Counted from the stretch's first letter, positions 9,226-19,994 are shown. The stretch is 64,000 nt of DNA from Bacteroidales bacterium (GCA_046706305.1 JBJKPQ010000188.1:3202-67201); one strand, 5' to 3'. The notes: generated by a model not told the origin, from the letters alone. Numbers and translations: made by a program.

Positions 9226-9990
9226 ATGAATAAGACAATAATGATAACCGGCGCCACCTCCGGTTTCGGTAAAGCCATAGCAGAACGCTTTGCCGGCAAT
9301 GGCTATAACATTATTATAACCGGAAGAAGGAAAGACAGGCTTGAAAAGCTGGTGAGCGAGCTTTCAGCCGTAAGCAATACAAAGGTACTGGCGCTTGAGT
9401 TTGATGTAAGGAACAATGATGAGGTCATCAGGTCAATAAACGCATTGCCTGAGGAATGGAAAGCCATTGACATACTGGTTAATAATGCAGGCCTTGCAGT
9501 AGGAATGTCACATATTGATGAAGGTATAACCGACGACTGGGAAAGGATGATTGATACAAACGTGAAAGGTCTTCTTTATGTGACCAGGGCCGTGGCGCCG
9601 CTAATGACAGCAAGAAATACAGGATATATCTTCAATATCGGTTCAATTGCCGGAAAGGAAGTGTACGAGAACGGTAATGTATACTGTGCTTCCAAGTTTG
9701 CTGTGGATGCTCTCTCAAAAGCCATGCGAATTGATCTGTTGAAGCATAATATCAGGGTAACACATATTGCTCCGGGCATGGCAGAGACAGAGTTTTCGGT
9801 TGTGCGTTTTAAAGGTGACTGGGAAAAGGCTGATGCGGTATATAAGGGTTTTGATCCGCTGACAGGAAAAGATATAGCCGATGTTGTACATTATTGCGCC
9901 TCTCTTCCCGGGCATGTTTGTATCAACGACCTTGTAATTACTCCTACCCAGCAGGCCAGTGCATACTACAGTAACAGAAGACAGGAATAG
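9226..9990 (+). CDS. SDR-family NAD(P)-dependent oxidoreductase (YdfG-like)
   Basis: TGATSGFG cofactor motif, NNAG, and catalytic YCASK. Confidence 0.85.
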   Translation: MNKTIMITGATSGFGKAIAERFAGNGYNIIITGRRKDRLEKLVSELSAVSNTKVLALEFDVRNNDEVIRSINALPEEWKAIDILVNNAGLAVGMSHIDEGITDDWERMIDTNVKGLLYVTRAVAPLMTARNTGYIFNIGSIAGKEVYENGNVYCASKFAVDALSKAMRIDLLKHNIRVTHIAPGMAETEFSVVRFKGDWEKADAVYKGFDPLTGKDIADVVHYCASLPGHVCINDLVITPTQQASAYYSNRRQE

Positions 9991-10016
9991 AATAAACACC
10001 GAAAAAATTATTGTTA

Positions 10017-11105
10017 ATGTACACATATCAATACCTGTTCGATTTCACCAGGAGCGTATTTGAAAAGATGGGCTGCAGTGAGCATAACTCATCAGTCATT
10101 GCAGAAGTCTTCCTTGCTGCTGAACTGCGCGGACATGCTTCACACGGAATGATACGCATCAAGGACTATTACCAGTTGTGGCGTGATGGCAGGATAAATG
10201 TAAAACCTGAAATAAAGATTTTGCATGAGTCACCCAGTACCGCAGTTGTTGATGGTGATAATGCAGTTGGAATGGTAGCAGCCCGCAGGTCAATGGAACT
10301 GGCAATAGAAAAAGCTGAAATAGCAGGTACAGGATGGGTGGCAACCTCCAATTCCAATCACTTCGGTATTGCCGGCTATTATGCCATGATGGCTCTCAGA
10401 CACGATATGATAGGAATCTGCCTTACCAATGCCAATCCACTTGTTGCCCCCACTTTCTCTATCAGCAGGATGATGGGCACAAACCCTATTGCCGTTGCCG
10501 TACCGGCAGGAAAACATGATCCCTTTGTTGCCGACTTTGCAACTACACCTGTTGCCAGGGGAAAGCTTGCCGTTGCTGAGAAAAAAGGAGAAAAAGTCCC
10601 GTTCGGCTTTGTCCAGGACAACATGGGCAATCCTTCTGACGACCCGGCCATCCTCAGGAGAGGAGGCTCCATGCTGACTCTGGGTGGTGACAGGGTACAC
10701 GGGAGTCATAAAGGCTTTTGTCTTTCTGCCATAGTGGATATCTTTTCTGCTGTTTTCAGCGGCGCCAATTTTGGTCCCTTCGTGCCGCCCAGTGTTGCAT
10801 ACCTGCCTGTTCTGGAAGAAAAAACAGGAAAGGGCACGGGGCATTTCTTTGGTGCCATGAGGATCGATGCCTTTCAGCCGGCAGATGAGTTCAAATCGAA
10901 GATGGACAGGTGGATAGATACCTTCAAATCATCAAAACCATCAGATGGTTACGATCACATCATCATACCGGGTGAGCCCGAGAGAGAATCCGAGAAAAAA
11001 CTGTTAAAAGAGGGTATAAGCCTTGTTCCTGCAATAGAGAATGACCTGGTAGCGATAGCATCCGAAATGGGTCTTCCTTTTAATAAAGGCCTGTCCATCC
11101 AATAG
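10017..11105 (+). CDS. Ldh_2-family oxidoreductase (malate/L-lactate/ureidoglycolate dehydrogenase type 2)
   Basis: GHASHGMIR motif and family-typical length. The listed start at 10011 is TTG; the first ATG is at 10017. Confidence 0.8.
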   Translation: MYTYQYLFDFTRSVFEKMGCSEHNSSVIAEVFLAAELRGHASHGMIRIKDYYQLWRDGRINVKPEIKILHESPSTAVVDGDNAVGMVAARRSMELAIEKAEIAGTGWVATSNSNHFGIAGYYAMMALRHDMIGICLTNANPLVAPTFSISRMMGTNPIAVAVPAGKHDPFVADFATTPVARGKLAVAEKKGEKVPFGFVQDNMGNPSDDPAILRRGGSMLTLGGDRVHGSHKGFCLSAIVDIFSAVFSGANFGPFVPPSVAYLPVLEEKTGKGTGHFFGAMRIDAFQPADEFKSKMDRWIDTFKSSKPSDGYDHIIIPGEPERESEKKLLKEGISLVPAIENDLVAIASEMGLPFNKGLSIQ

Positions 11106-11121
11106 TTAACAATGACTATAT

Positions 11122-11871
11122 TCACATAAAGCCCTGCTGATGCAGGACATCAAGAAGTACTTTTGAAAAGGCTTCGTTGTCCGCTTTTTTATACCTTATA
11201 TCAGTGAATACCTGTGCCAGTGTCTCTTTCTTATTCTCTGCAACAAACTGCATGGAATCATTCCTTGCCTCTTTTTCACTGTAAAAGGCATCGATACTCT
11301 CCCTTGTATAATCATGATATGTTTCATGATGCACTACTGCATCCAAGGGCAACCGGTCTACCTGTTCCGGCGATTCTGCAGGGTATCCCATCGTGATTGT
11401 GGCTACAGGGACAACTCCCGCAGGCAATTCCAGGACCCCGGTTATTTTGTGAGCCATGTATGTTGTTGTGCCAAGGTAGCATATACCCAGCCCTTTAGAT
11501 TCAGCAGCAATACTTACCGTCTGTGCTACAAGCAAAGCATCGATGGCTGCAGTGAAAAATGACAGGAAATTATCATAGCCTGGCTCTGCGTGCCTCATCC
11601 TGCACCACTTGTTGAACCGGTTAAAATCGGCACAAAAAGTCAGTACCACGGGAGCCTCAGTTATCATAGGCTGGTTAAAATGCAACGGCAGAAGTTCTTT
11701 CTTCTTCCCGCTGTCCCTTGTAACAATGATGCTGTAAACCTGCATATTGCCTGTAGTGGAAGCCCTGCATCCCATCGATAAAATTTCATTCAACAGATAA
11801 TCATCCACAGGATCAGGAGAATATTTTCTTATACTTCTCCGTTTGAGTAAAACATTAGTAATGTCAGTCAT
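11122..11871 (-). CDS. Nitroreductase-family NAD(P)H-dependent oxidoreductase
   Basis: N-terminal LLKRRSIRKY motif and nitroreductase-like length and pattern. Confidence 0.8.
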   Translation of the reverse strand: MTDITNVLLKRRSIRKYSPDPVDDYLLNEILSMGCRASTTGNMQVYSIIVTRDSGKKKELLPLHFNQPMITEAPVVLTFCADFNRFNKWCRMRHAEPGYDNFLSFFTAAIDALLVAQTVSIAAESKGLGICYLGTTTYMAHKITGVLELPAGVVPVATITMGYPAESPEQVDRLPLDAVVHHETYHDYTRESIDAFYSEKEARNDSMQFVAENKKETLAQVFTDIRYKKADNEAFSKVLLDVLHQQGFM

Positions 11872-11989
11872 TTTTTATGTTATAGAATATCCTGCAAAGT
11901 AAGTAAAATAGGATAAAACAGGGCTCCTGTTGAGAATGATTTTCTTATCTTAGCTGAGTCTAATAACTAAACCTGTAAAATTACTGATC

Positions 11990-14900
11990 ATGAAAAAAAG
12001 TCTTTTCATTGTATTTCTTCTGGGATTTGTAATATGCCTTAACCCGGGCATGGCACAAAAAAGAAAACCTTCTGCAAAAACAACTGAAAAAAAGGAAACC
12101 GGCCTGAGTCCGGCTACTTTCCGCGGATTAAAATTCCGTAGTATAGGACCTGCATGGCAGGCAGGAAGAATCTCCGATTTTGCAGTAAACCCAAAGAACC
12201 ATTCGGAAATTTACGTTGGTGTATCAGCCGGGCATGTATGGAAATCGACAAATAACGGAACCACATGGGAACCTGTTTTCGACAAATACGGTGCCTATTC
12301 AATAGGCTGCCTGAGAATGGATCCTGATAACCCGAATGTAGTATGGGTCGGAACAGGTGAAAACAATTCCCAGCGCCAGCTTGGCTATGGTGACGGAGTT
12401 TACAAAACTGAGGACGGAGGTCAGACATGGAAAGACATGGGATTAAAAGACTCGAGGCAGAATGGAATGATACAGGTAGATCCCAGAAACAGCGATGATG
12501 TTTATGTAGCACCTGAAGGTTCTATTTGGGGACCACGCGCTGACCGCGGCCTCTATAAGACCGAAGACGGTGGAAAAACATGGACAAAAGTACTGAATAT
12601 AAGCGAAAATACAGGAGTAAATAATATTGTTTTCGATCCGAGAAACCCTGATATTCTTTATGCTACTTCGGAACAGAGAAGAAGACATGTATATACAAAA
12701 ATTGGCGGTGGTCCTGAATCGGCTGTATATAAATCTAAAGATGCAGGAAAGACATGGGAGAAGATCATGAACGGCCTGCCAAAAGTGGATATAGGCGGTA
12801 TGGGACTTGCAATCTCACCGGTTAATCCTGATGTACTTTATATTATTATGGAAGCAGCCGGAGATGCAAGCGGATTTTTCAGGTCAACCGACCGCGGCGC
12901 CTCATGGCATAAGATGAGCAGTTATGCTTCCAGCGGCCAGTATTTCAATACCATAGTATGTGATCCGGAGGATGTGGATAAGGTATACAGCCTTGAAACA
13001 GTATCGAAGGTAACACTCGACGGCGGTAAGACATGGAACTCGGTCGGTAACAATGAAAGACATGTTGACGACCATGCCATGTGGATCGATCCGAATGATA
13101 CAAGACATTTCTATATAGGCGGCGACGGAGGTATTTATGAGACCTTCGATAACGGTGCCAACTACATATTCAAATCAAACCTGCCCGTTGCCCAGTTTTA
13201 CAGGGTCAGCGTTGATAATGCACTGCCTTTCTATAATATTTACGGAGGCACGCAGGATAACAATTCAATGGGTGGTCCATCGCAGAATATTAACCGTGAC
13301 GGCGTTGTAAATGATGACTGGACGGTTACAGTGGGCGGAGACGGCTTCTGGGTCGCCAATGATCCGAAAAATGAAAATATTGTATATACAGAATCACAAT
13401 ACGGCAATGCAGCCCTGTGGGATAAAAAAAGCCATGAGTCGGTGGGAATAAGACCTGTACCGAAAGAAGGTGAGAAAACTTTTAAATGGTACTGGGATAC
13501 ACCGCTCATAATAAGCCCGCACAACAGCAGCACCATATATATGGCTGCAAACAAAGTATTTAAAAGTACCGACCGGGGAAGATCGTGGGAAGAAATATCT
13601 GGTGATCTCTCCCGCAACGAGGATCGTAACCAGTTTAAAGTGATGGGTAAATACTGGAGTATTGATGCGGTGGCAAAGGATGTGTCAACATCCCTGTGGG
13701 GACTGATAGTATCCCTTGCAGAATCGCCTGTGAAAGAAGGTCTGATTTATGCAGGGACTGACGACGGGGTGATATCCGTAACTGAAGACGGCGGAAAAAA
13801 CTGGACTAAGATCACATCCTTCCCGGGTATACCTGAATACACATATGTAAGTGATATACTGCCGGATAAATTCGATGAAAATGTGGTTTATGCTTCATTT
13901 AACAATATGCTTAGTGACGATTTCAAACCATATATACTGAAGAGCTCTGATAAAGGGAAAACATGGGTTTCTTTGTCAAACAACCTGCCGGCCAACGGAA
14001 GCATTCATACAATTGAACAGGATTATATTAATCCGGATCTGTTGTTTGCAGGTTCTGAATTCAGTTTCTACTTCTCGGCAGACGGCGGGAAAGAGTGGGT
14101 AGAATTCCATTCCGGTATGCCTACAATAGCTGTCAGGGATATAGCTTTACAGCAACGCGAGAGTGACCTTGTTCTGGCTACCTTTGGCCGGGGTTTCTAT
14201 GTACTTGACGATTATTCCCCGCTGCGCAACTTCAAAAAAGAAATCCTCGATGACCCGGGCTACATCTTCCCTGTTAAGGATGCCAAAATGTACGTTCAGT
14301 CACGTGGCCGTGACAACCAGGGATCTATGTATTTCAAGGCTCCCAACCCGCCTTTCGGCGCAACATTCACCTATTACGTGAAGGATGTTCCCAAAACGGC
14401 CAGGGAATTACGGCATGAAAAAGAAAAAGCGTTGTTTGAAAAAGGGGAACCGATACCACAACCTTCACAAGAAGAATTAATGGCCGAGGATAAAGAGGTA
14501 AAACCTTATTTCATCTTCACAGTGACCGACGATCATGGTAACGTGGTAAAACGGCTTTACAAGGGAGCATCCAAGGGTATCAGCAGGATAACATGGAACT
14601 TCACTTACGAGAGCTTCTCTCCTGTCACAACAACAAAATATGACCCCACCGGATCGGGAAGATCAGGGAGAAGGTACGGAGGAGGTATCCAGGCCATGCC
14701 AGGAACATATAATGTATCCCTGGCAATGGTAGCAAAGGGAGAGACAAAGCAACTCAGCGGCCCCGTACCATTTAATTGTGTACCCCTGGGACTTGCAAGC
14801 TTCCCTGCCACCGATCTGAAAGCAAAATACAGCTGGATAAGTGAAGCATCAGACCTGGCCCGTACGATGTTCGGAACCATGAGCTATACCTCTGAACTGA

Positions 14901-15283
14901 CAGACCAGGTAAATGCCATGATGCAGGCAATAAGCCAGACACCGGAAGCTACTCCTGATATGATGAAGGAAGCTGAAAGAATAAATAATGAACTTGAAGA
15001 TATTCAGTTCCGCTTCAATGGTCCACAGGCCAAAGCCAGCACCGAAGAACTGCCGCCGATGCAGGTACCACTCAGGGAAAGACTGGGTGAGATCACATAT
15101 TCCACTTACGGAACAAGTGGTGCCATAACGACAACAGCCAAACAGCAGCTTGATATACTTAAGAAAGAATTTCCACCGGTACTCGAAAGAGTTAAGAAGG
15201 CCGGAGACGATCTCAAAGCTCTGGGCAGGAAGCTTGATGCCGTCAAAGCACCATGGACACCCGGCAGGATCCCGGAACTTTAA
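11990..15283 (+). CDS. Secreted BNR/Asp-box repeat protein (sortilin/VPS10-like double beta-propeller)
   Basis: Signal peptide. About 10 S/T-x-D-x-G-x-T-W Asp-boxes, for example STNNGTTWE, TEDGGQTWK, TEDGGKTWT, SKDAGKTWE, STDRGRSWE, SSDKGKTWV. Confidence 0.75.
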   Translation: MKKSLFIVFLLGFVICLNPGMAQKRKPSAKTTEKKETGLSPATFRGLKFRSIGPAWQAGRISDFAVNPKNHSEIYVGVSAGHVWKSTNNGTTWEPVFDKYGAYSIGCLRMDPDNPNVVWVGTGENNSQRQLGYGDGVYKTEDGGQTWKDMGLKDSRQNGMIQVDPRNSDDVYVAPEGSIWGPRADRGLYKTEDGGKTWTKVLNISENTGVNNIVFDPRNPDILYATSEQRRRHVYTKIGGGPESAVYKSKDAGKTWEKIMNGLPKVDIGGMGLAISPVNPDVLYIIMEAAGDASGFFRSTDRGASWHKMSSYASSGQYFNTIVCDPEDVDKVYSLETVSKVTLDGGKTWNSVGNNERHVDDHAMWIDPNDTRHFYIGGDGGIYETFDNGANYIFKSNLPVAQFYRVSVDNALPFYNIYGGTQDNNSMGGPSQNINRDGVVNDDWTVTVGGDGFWVANDPKNENIVYTESQYGNAALWDKKSHESVGIRPVPKEGEKTFKWYWDTPLIISPHNSSTIYMAANKVFKSTDRGRSWEEISGDLSRNEDRNQFKVMGKYWSIDAVAKDVSTSLWGLIVSLAESPVKEGLIYAGTDDGVISVTEDGGKNWTKITSFPGIPEYTYVSDILPDKFDENVVYASFNNMLSDDFKPYILKSSDKGKTWVSLSNNLPANGSIHTIEQDYINPDLLFAGSEFSFYFSADGGKEWVEFHSGMPTIAVRDIALQQRESDLVLATFGRGFYVLDDYSPLRNFKKEILDDPGYIFPVKDAKMYVQSRGRDNQGSMYFKAPNPPFGATFTYYVKDVPKTARELRHEKEKALFEKGEPIPQPSQEELMAEDKEVKPYFIFTVTDDHGNVVKRLYKGASKGISRITWNFTYESFSPVTTTKYDPTGSGRSGRRYGGGIQAMPGTYNVSLAMVAKGETKQLSGPVPFNCVPLGLASFPATDLKAKYSWISEASDLARTMFGTMSYTSELTDQVNAMMQAISQTPEATPDMMKEAERINNELEDIQFRFNGPQAKASTEELPPMQVPLRERLGEITYSTYGTSGAITTTAKQQLDILKKEFPPVLERVKKAGDDLKALGRKLDAVKAPWTPGRIPEL

Positions 15284-15387
15284 TATGGCTGGCATGCGGA
15301 TATATCCTGTTGCTAATATTGAATTTTTTATTAATCTTGTTTAAGAAATACATAAACTAAAATTTTAACATTAAAAAATAACAGACT

Positions 15388-16383
15388 ATGAGCAGACCAG
15401 TTACGTTATTTACAGGTCAATGGGCCGACCTTCCGTTCGAAACACTATGTGAGAAAGCCAGGGATTTTGGCTATGAAGGCCTGGAACTTGCCTGTTGGGG
15501 CGATCACTTTGAAGTTAACAAAGCAGATGATGCTTACTGCAGGAAGAAAAGAGCCACACTTGACAAATACGGGTTAAAAGTGTTCGCCCTGTCAAACCAC
15601 CTTGTAGGCCAGGCTGTATGCGACCGTATCGACCAGAGACATAAAAGCATCCTTCCGGCTTATGTATGGGGCGACGGTGATCCTGAAGGTGTAAGACAAA
15701 GAGCTGCACAGGAAATGGTGAAAACAGGAGAAGCTGCAAAAAGGTTTGGAGTTGACCATGTGAACGGTTTCACCGGAAGCTCGATATGGCATCTCCTTTA
15801 TTCCTTCCCTGCAGTACCAAAAGAAATGATAGATGCCGGTTATAAGGATTTTGCCACAAGATGGACTCCCATACTTGATAAATATCACGAACTGGGAGTT
15901 GTCTTCGGCCTCGAGGTCCATCCAACTGAGATTGCATTCGACATAGCTTCGGCAAGAAGGGCATTGAAAGCTATTAACAACCATCCCAATTTCGGATTTA
16001 ATTACGATCCTTCGCACATGGGATACCAGGGTGTCGACTATGTTGAGTTCATTTATACTTTCGCGGAAAAGATCTTCCATGTTCATATGAAGGATGTATA
16101 CTGGTCCAGCGTACCCACTGAAGCAGGAGTATTCGGTGGCCATACCGATTTTGGAACAAAAGGACGCTACTGGGATTTCAGAAGTCTTGGACATGGCAGG
16201 ATCAATTTTGAAGAAATAATCAGGGCTCTCAACAGGATCGAATATGAAGGCCCTCTGTCTGTTGAATGGGAAGACAGTGGTATGGACAGGGAATTCGGGG
16301 CAAAAGAGGCTTGTGCTTTTGTGAAAAAAGTCGATTTTCCTTCATCAAATATAGCTTTCGATGCTGCATTTGAGAAAAAATAG
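15388..16383 (+). CDS. Sugar phosphate isomerase/epimerase (xylose-isomerase-like TIM barrel), cytoplasmic
   Basis: Pattern of the AP-endonuclease-2/xylose-isomerase-like TIM barrel family ([13 protein letters not shown] ... HVHMKD ... SVEWED). No signal peptide. Confidence 0.8.
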   Translation: MSRPVTLFTGQWADLPFETLCEKARDFGYEGLELACWGDHFEVNKADDAYCRKKRATLDKYGLKVFALSNHLVGQAVCDRIDQRHKSILPAYVWGDGDPEGVRQRAAQEMVKTGEAAKRFGVDHVNGFTGSSIWHLLYSFPAVPKEMIDAGYKDFATRWTPILDKYHELGVVFGLEVHPTEIAFDIASARRALKAINNHPNFGFNYDPSHMGYQGVDYVEFIYTFAEKIFHVHMKDVYWSSVPTEAGVFGGHTDFGTKGRYWDFRSLGHGRINFEEIIRALNRIEYEGPLSVEWEDSGMDREFGAKEACAFVKKVDFPSSNIAFDAAFEKK

Positions 16384-16425
16384 TCTTTTGATGGTTGTAC
16401 AACGTTATAATGTAACTATTTACAC

Positions 16426-17559
16426 ATGAAAAAGATTAAAATGGGAATGATAGGCGGTGGAACAGGCGCTTTTATAGGCGACGCCCACCGTCGCGCCTCC
16501 CGGATATGCAACGATTTTGAACTTGTGTGCGGAGTATTTGATTCCGACTATAGCAGGAGCAAAGAATTTGCAAAGCTTGAAGGAATAAGTGACGACCGCT
16601 GCTATGAAAGCGTAGATGAACTGATCAGGCAGGAAAAGGCCAGGAATGCAGAAGAGAGAGTTGAAGTTGTTTCTATTGTCACTCCCAATGCTCTTCATTT
16701 TCCTTTTGCAAAAAAACTTCTTGAGAACGGCTTCCATGTTGTGTGTGAAAAACCAATGACCATGACAGTAGCTGAAGCTGAGGAACTGGAAAGAATCGTG
16801 AAAGAGAAAAAGCTGACCTTTGCCCTTACACATACCTATACCGGTTATCCTATGATTCGCCAGATGAGAGAAATGATCTCAAAAGGTATTCTTGGTACTA
16901 TACAGCGTATCGATGCCCAGTACTACCAGGGATGGATAAACTCCATCATTCACGGCACTGAAAGCAGGATCACCGGAGTATGGAGACTGGAGCCGGAGCA
17001 TGCCGGTATTAGCAGCTGCATGGGTGACATAGGTGTACATGCCTTCAATCTTATTGAATTTACAACAGGACTTGAAGTTAAAGAAGTATTGTCTGACCTT
17101 AATTCAGTAAAGGATGATGTAAAACTCGACCTTGACGGTACTGTGCTGCTGCGGTTCAGCAATAGCCTTAAGGGAGTGGTGAGAGCCAGCCAGGTTTGCG
17201 GAGGTGAGGAAAATAACCTTACGATAGCCGTTTACGGTTCAAAAGCCAGTTTTAAATGGTCGCAGGAAAATCCCAATTTCCTGTATCTCCTGAGCGATTC
17301 TGAGCCAACAAGGATCTATAAACCAGCACACGGGTATAATGAGCCACTGGCCGAAGCCTCACACACAATGCCCTCAGGGCACCCGGAGGGGATTTATGAA
17401 GCCGTGGCCAATATTTATAAAGGAACGTCTAAGTCAATTCGGGGAGAGAAGTTCGATCCGGCAGAATTTCCGACAGTACACGATGGAGTAAGGGGAATGA
17501 AATTCATTCATGCCGTTGTTGAATCGAATAAGAAAGGAAATACCTGGATTAAACTATAA
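16426..17559 (+). CDS. Gfo/Idh/MocA-family oxidoreductase, cytoplasmic
   Basis: N-terminal Rossmann motif MGMIGGGTGAFIG, an EKPM motif (VCEKPMT), and no signal peptide. Confidence 0.85.
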   Translation: MKKIKMGMIGGGTGAFIGDAHRRASRICNDFELVCGVFDSDYSRSKEFAKLEGISDDRCYESVDELIRQEKARNAEERVEVVSIVTPNALHFPFAKKLLENGFHVVCEKPMTMTVAEAEELERIVKEKKLTFALTHTYTGYPMIRQMREMISKGILGTIQRIDAQYYQGWINSIIHGTESRITGVWRLEPEHAGISSCMGDIGVHAFNLIEFTTGLEVKEVLSDLNSVKDDVKLDLDGTVLLRFSNSLKGVVRASQVCGGEENNLTIAVYGSKASFKWSQENPNFLYLLSDSEPTRIYKPAHGYNEPLAEASHTMPSGHPEGIYEAVANIYKGTSKSIRGEKFDPAEFPTVHDGVRGMKFIHAVVESNKKGNTWIKL

Positions 17560-17595
17560 GTTAACCAATTGGCGCCGGATTGTAACCGGTGCCCC

Positions 17596-17628
17596 CTTTC
17601 AGCACGGATTTGCGATCCGTGCTGAAAG
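17596..17628. terminator. Perfect 14-bp-stem hairpin between convergent operons (probable bidirectional terminator)
   Basis: CTTTCAGCACGGAT-ttgcg-ATCCGTGCTGAAAG has perfectly complementary arms. It sits between the stops at 17559 (+) and 17651 (-). There is no clear U-tract on either side. Confidence 0.4.
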
Positions 17629-17650
17629 GATAAAACCGGGTACCGGTGAT

Positions 17651-17905
17651 CTATTTCTTTTTCTTAAGAACCAGGAAAGCTCCGCCTCCGATAACAACTA
17701 CTGCACCTGCTACTATTCCTATTATAGCGCCGGTACTCATTCCTGATTTATCATCTTCGGTTGAATAATACTCCACCGGTTTGGCATAGGTATCCATGTT
17801 AACCGTATCTTTATGTCCGCTGGGCTGATCCTGTGCTTTCAGAACACTTAACCCGCTTATCAGCAGAATTGCTGTCATCGAAAATACTAAAACTGCTTTT
17901 TTCAT
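17651..17905 (-). CDS. Small secreted/membrane protein (signal peptide plus C-terminal TM anchor and KKKK tail)
   Basis: Start moved to MKKAVLVFSM (17905). The signal peptide ends at LKAQ. The C-terminus has a Gly/Ala-rich TM (GAIIGIVAGAVVVIGGGAFLVL) followed by KKKK. It is the last gene of the operon. Confidence 0.45.
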   Translation of the reverse strand: MKKAVLVFSMTAILLISGLSVLKAQDQPSGHKDTVNMDTYAKPVEYYSTEDDKSGMSTGAIIGIVAGAVVVIGGGAFLVLKKKK

Positions 17906-17927
17906 CTTTCTATTTAATTTTTGATAA

Positions 17928-19994
17928 TTATTTAATTGTCCCGGCCAGTTCATCATATTTCCTGGCTATATCCGGGTCGGTTTTTCTGTAAGTATCAGCC
18001 AGTGCCTTAATTGCCGGCTTATACCGTGGATTCATATCGAGGCATGTCATTAATAATTTCCTCGCTTTACTGGCATTATCATCCATTAGTAATCCGGCCA
18101 GGCTGACATATGCTTCAAAATATTTACGGTTCGCCCTGATCAGCCTCTCGTAATACCTGATAGCTTCATCATCTTTTTTCTGCCACTTTGCGATATTACC
18201 AAGGTACATCAGAATCGGCTCAAAATCAGGATTAATTTCAAGTCCTTTTTTCAAAACCGAATCAGCTTTTTCACATTGTCCGTCATTACAAAGAGCCGCC
18301 GCAAAATTAAAAAAAATCATTTCATCAGTGTCATCATTTTTTAAAGCATTTTCAAAATGCTCAATAGCCTCCTTGTTTTCTCCCTTATTCAGAGCAACAT
18401 AACCAAAGTAATCCTCTTTCGATTTTCTCTTAAGCACGGCACAAACGGGAACAGTGTCGACATAGATTACCTTAATGGCATCCGGAGGCGGATAATAATG
18501 ATGCCTCAGCTTATATGGGGAAATATACCTGTTTACAACAATAGCATAATCCCAGTCAAATTCACTGCGTTCATCATAGCGGAAATATGAAGTCTCTATA
18601 TTGGGATGTTTCCTGAACTGCCAGACCACAGAATATGTTGCTTTTACTTTGATCTTTCCTGTATCATTATTTTCCTCCAGGTATTTTATGAGCCATTTGG
18701 AAGCCTCTGTCTGACTCACATAGTAATAATCCATTTCATAGTTGGTGTATGCGCCGTCAACTCCTCCTTCAAGGATATTATAATACATATATTCATAAGG
18801 GTGATTGGATATCATATACCGCAGGGGTGGATAGGAAAACATGACCATCAATAAAACCATCCCCCACCTGAGGTACCTGTTTCTAACACTTATAAAAAAA
18901 TAATAATAGCCCATTCCTGAAAGAAGTACAATGGCAGGATACAGGAACAGAAACTGCCGCCAGGAACTGTAGAGGTTTGATTTCTCATAAACAACGAACA
19001 GCATCGGGAACAGTATCGTGAACAGCACGGCAAGAAATAAAAAGATCCTGTTGCCTCTGATTATTTTGCCGAAAAACGTGCACAACAGAACCAACCCCGC
19101 AAGAACGATAACAGGTATTGTTATACCCATCGATTTGGGCAGGTAATACCAAGGCATAAAATCAGACCATTCCTCCTTTCCATCAAATATCTGCCTGAAA
19201 GTATCAGGGAAATGTGCCATTACCCTGTACGATTCGATAACATTCCTGACTGGGCTCTGCAAGGCATAAGGCCACAGAATGATGCTCAGCAGCCAGGCAA
19301 CCACAATTATGGCAGTAATCCACCCGAAGCCGGAAGCAAGCTCCTTTAAATCGGACTGATTTTTCTTGATGTAACCATAAAAATGGTACAGACCCCAGAA
19401 AAACAGGAGGTAGCATATCAAAATGAAACCACCAGCCCTGATGCTCATTGCACCGGCAATACCAAGGGTCAGAAATATTATGTCCACCGGGTACTTTTTC
19501 CTTCCGGAGGACAGAAATTTAAGAGTAAAAAATGTTGCTGTTATGTATCCCAGCGCAAAAGGGACATCTTTAAGGTTATTCTGTGAATGCCCTATGAATG
19601 TAGGCGAAAGAGCAAACAGGATGAGTACTGTTATCCCGGCCCGCCAATCGGCCAGCCATACGGCAAACAGTGCAGTAACAAGCATAGTAAGCCATCCTGC
19701 CACGGAGTTCATCTCGTGCCTGAATCTGTAGACATCGTCAATACCGAACCATTTTGTCAGGATTGTAACGATATTGTCGAAAGCCTGGCCATAATATTTC
19801 AGATGAGTCCCCGGCGTGTTAAGAGCTGAACGGTCGGTTCCATGCGTGGCAAAATAATCATATACAGCTACCGACTGGTTATAATGCAATACCTCATCAC
19901 ACGAGATACCTGCATCTCTGCTTGTAACCACCAGGGCAACAAGTATGAATACAGAAATGATAAAGAAGATATATTTCAGCCCTTTTTCTTTCAT
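17928..19994 (-). CDS. GT-C fold glycosyltransferase (PMT/ArnT, GT39/GT83-like) with C-terminal TPR domain
   Basis: About 12 TM helices. A DE motif lies directly after TM1 (ISCDEVLHY), as in PMT/ArnT loop 1. The C-terminal ~170 aa are TPR-like repeats (ALNKGENKEAIEHFENALKND ... YLGNIAKWQKKDDEAIRYYERLI ...). Confidence 0.75.
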   Translation of the reverse strand: MKEKGLKYIFFIISVFILVALVVTSRDAGISCDEVLHYNQSVAVYDYFATHGTDRSALNTPGTHLKYYGQAFDNIVTILTKWFGIDDVYRFRHEMNSVAGWLTMLVTALFAVWLADWRAGITVLILFALSPTFIGHSQNNLKDVPFALGYITATFFTLKFLSSGRKKYPVDIIFLTLGIAGAMSIRAGGFILICYLLFFWGLYHFYGYIKKNQSDLKELASGFGWITAIIVVAWLLSIILWPYALQSPVRNVIESYRVMAHFPDTFRQIFDGKEEWSDFMPWYYLPKSMGITIPVIVLAGLVLLCTFFGKIIRGNRIFLFLAVLFTILFPMLFVVYEKSNLYSSWRQFLFLYPAIVLLSGMGYYYFFISVRNRYLRWGMVLLMVMFSYPPLRYMISNHPYEYMYYNILEGGVDGAYTNYEMDYYYVSQTEASKWLIKYLEENNDTGKIKVKATYSVVWQFRKHPNIETSYFRYDERSEFDWDYAIVVNRYISPYKLRHHYYPPPDAIKVIYVDTVPVCAVLKRKSKEDYFGYVALNKGENKEAIEHFENALKNDDTDEMIFFNFAAALCNDGQCEKADSVLKKGLEINPDFEPILMYLGNIAKWQKKDDEAIRYYERLIRANRKYFEAYVSLAGLLMDDNASKARKLLMTCLDMNPRYKPAIKALADTYRKTDPDIARKYDELAGTIK

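Noticed and set aside
10290-10844. 184-aa minus-strand ORF antisense to the Ldh_2 gene
   Set aside because: It is a shadow ORF with no recognisable motifs.
15592-16194. 200-aa minus-strand ORF antisense to the TIM-barrel gene
   Set aside because: It is a shadow ORF with no recognisable motifs.
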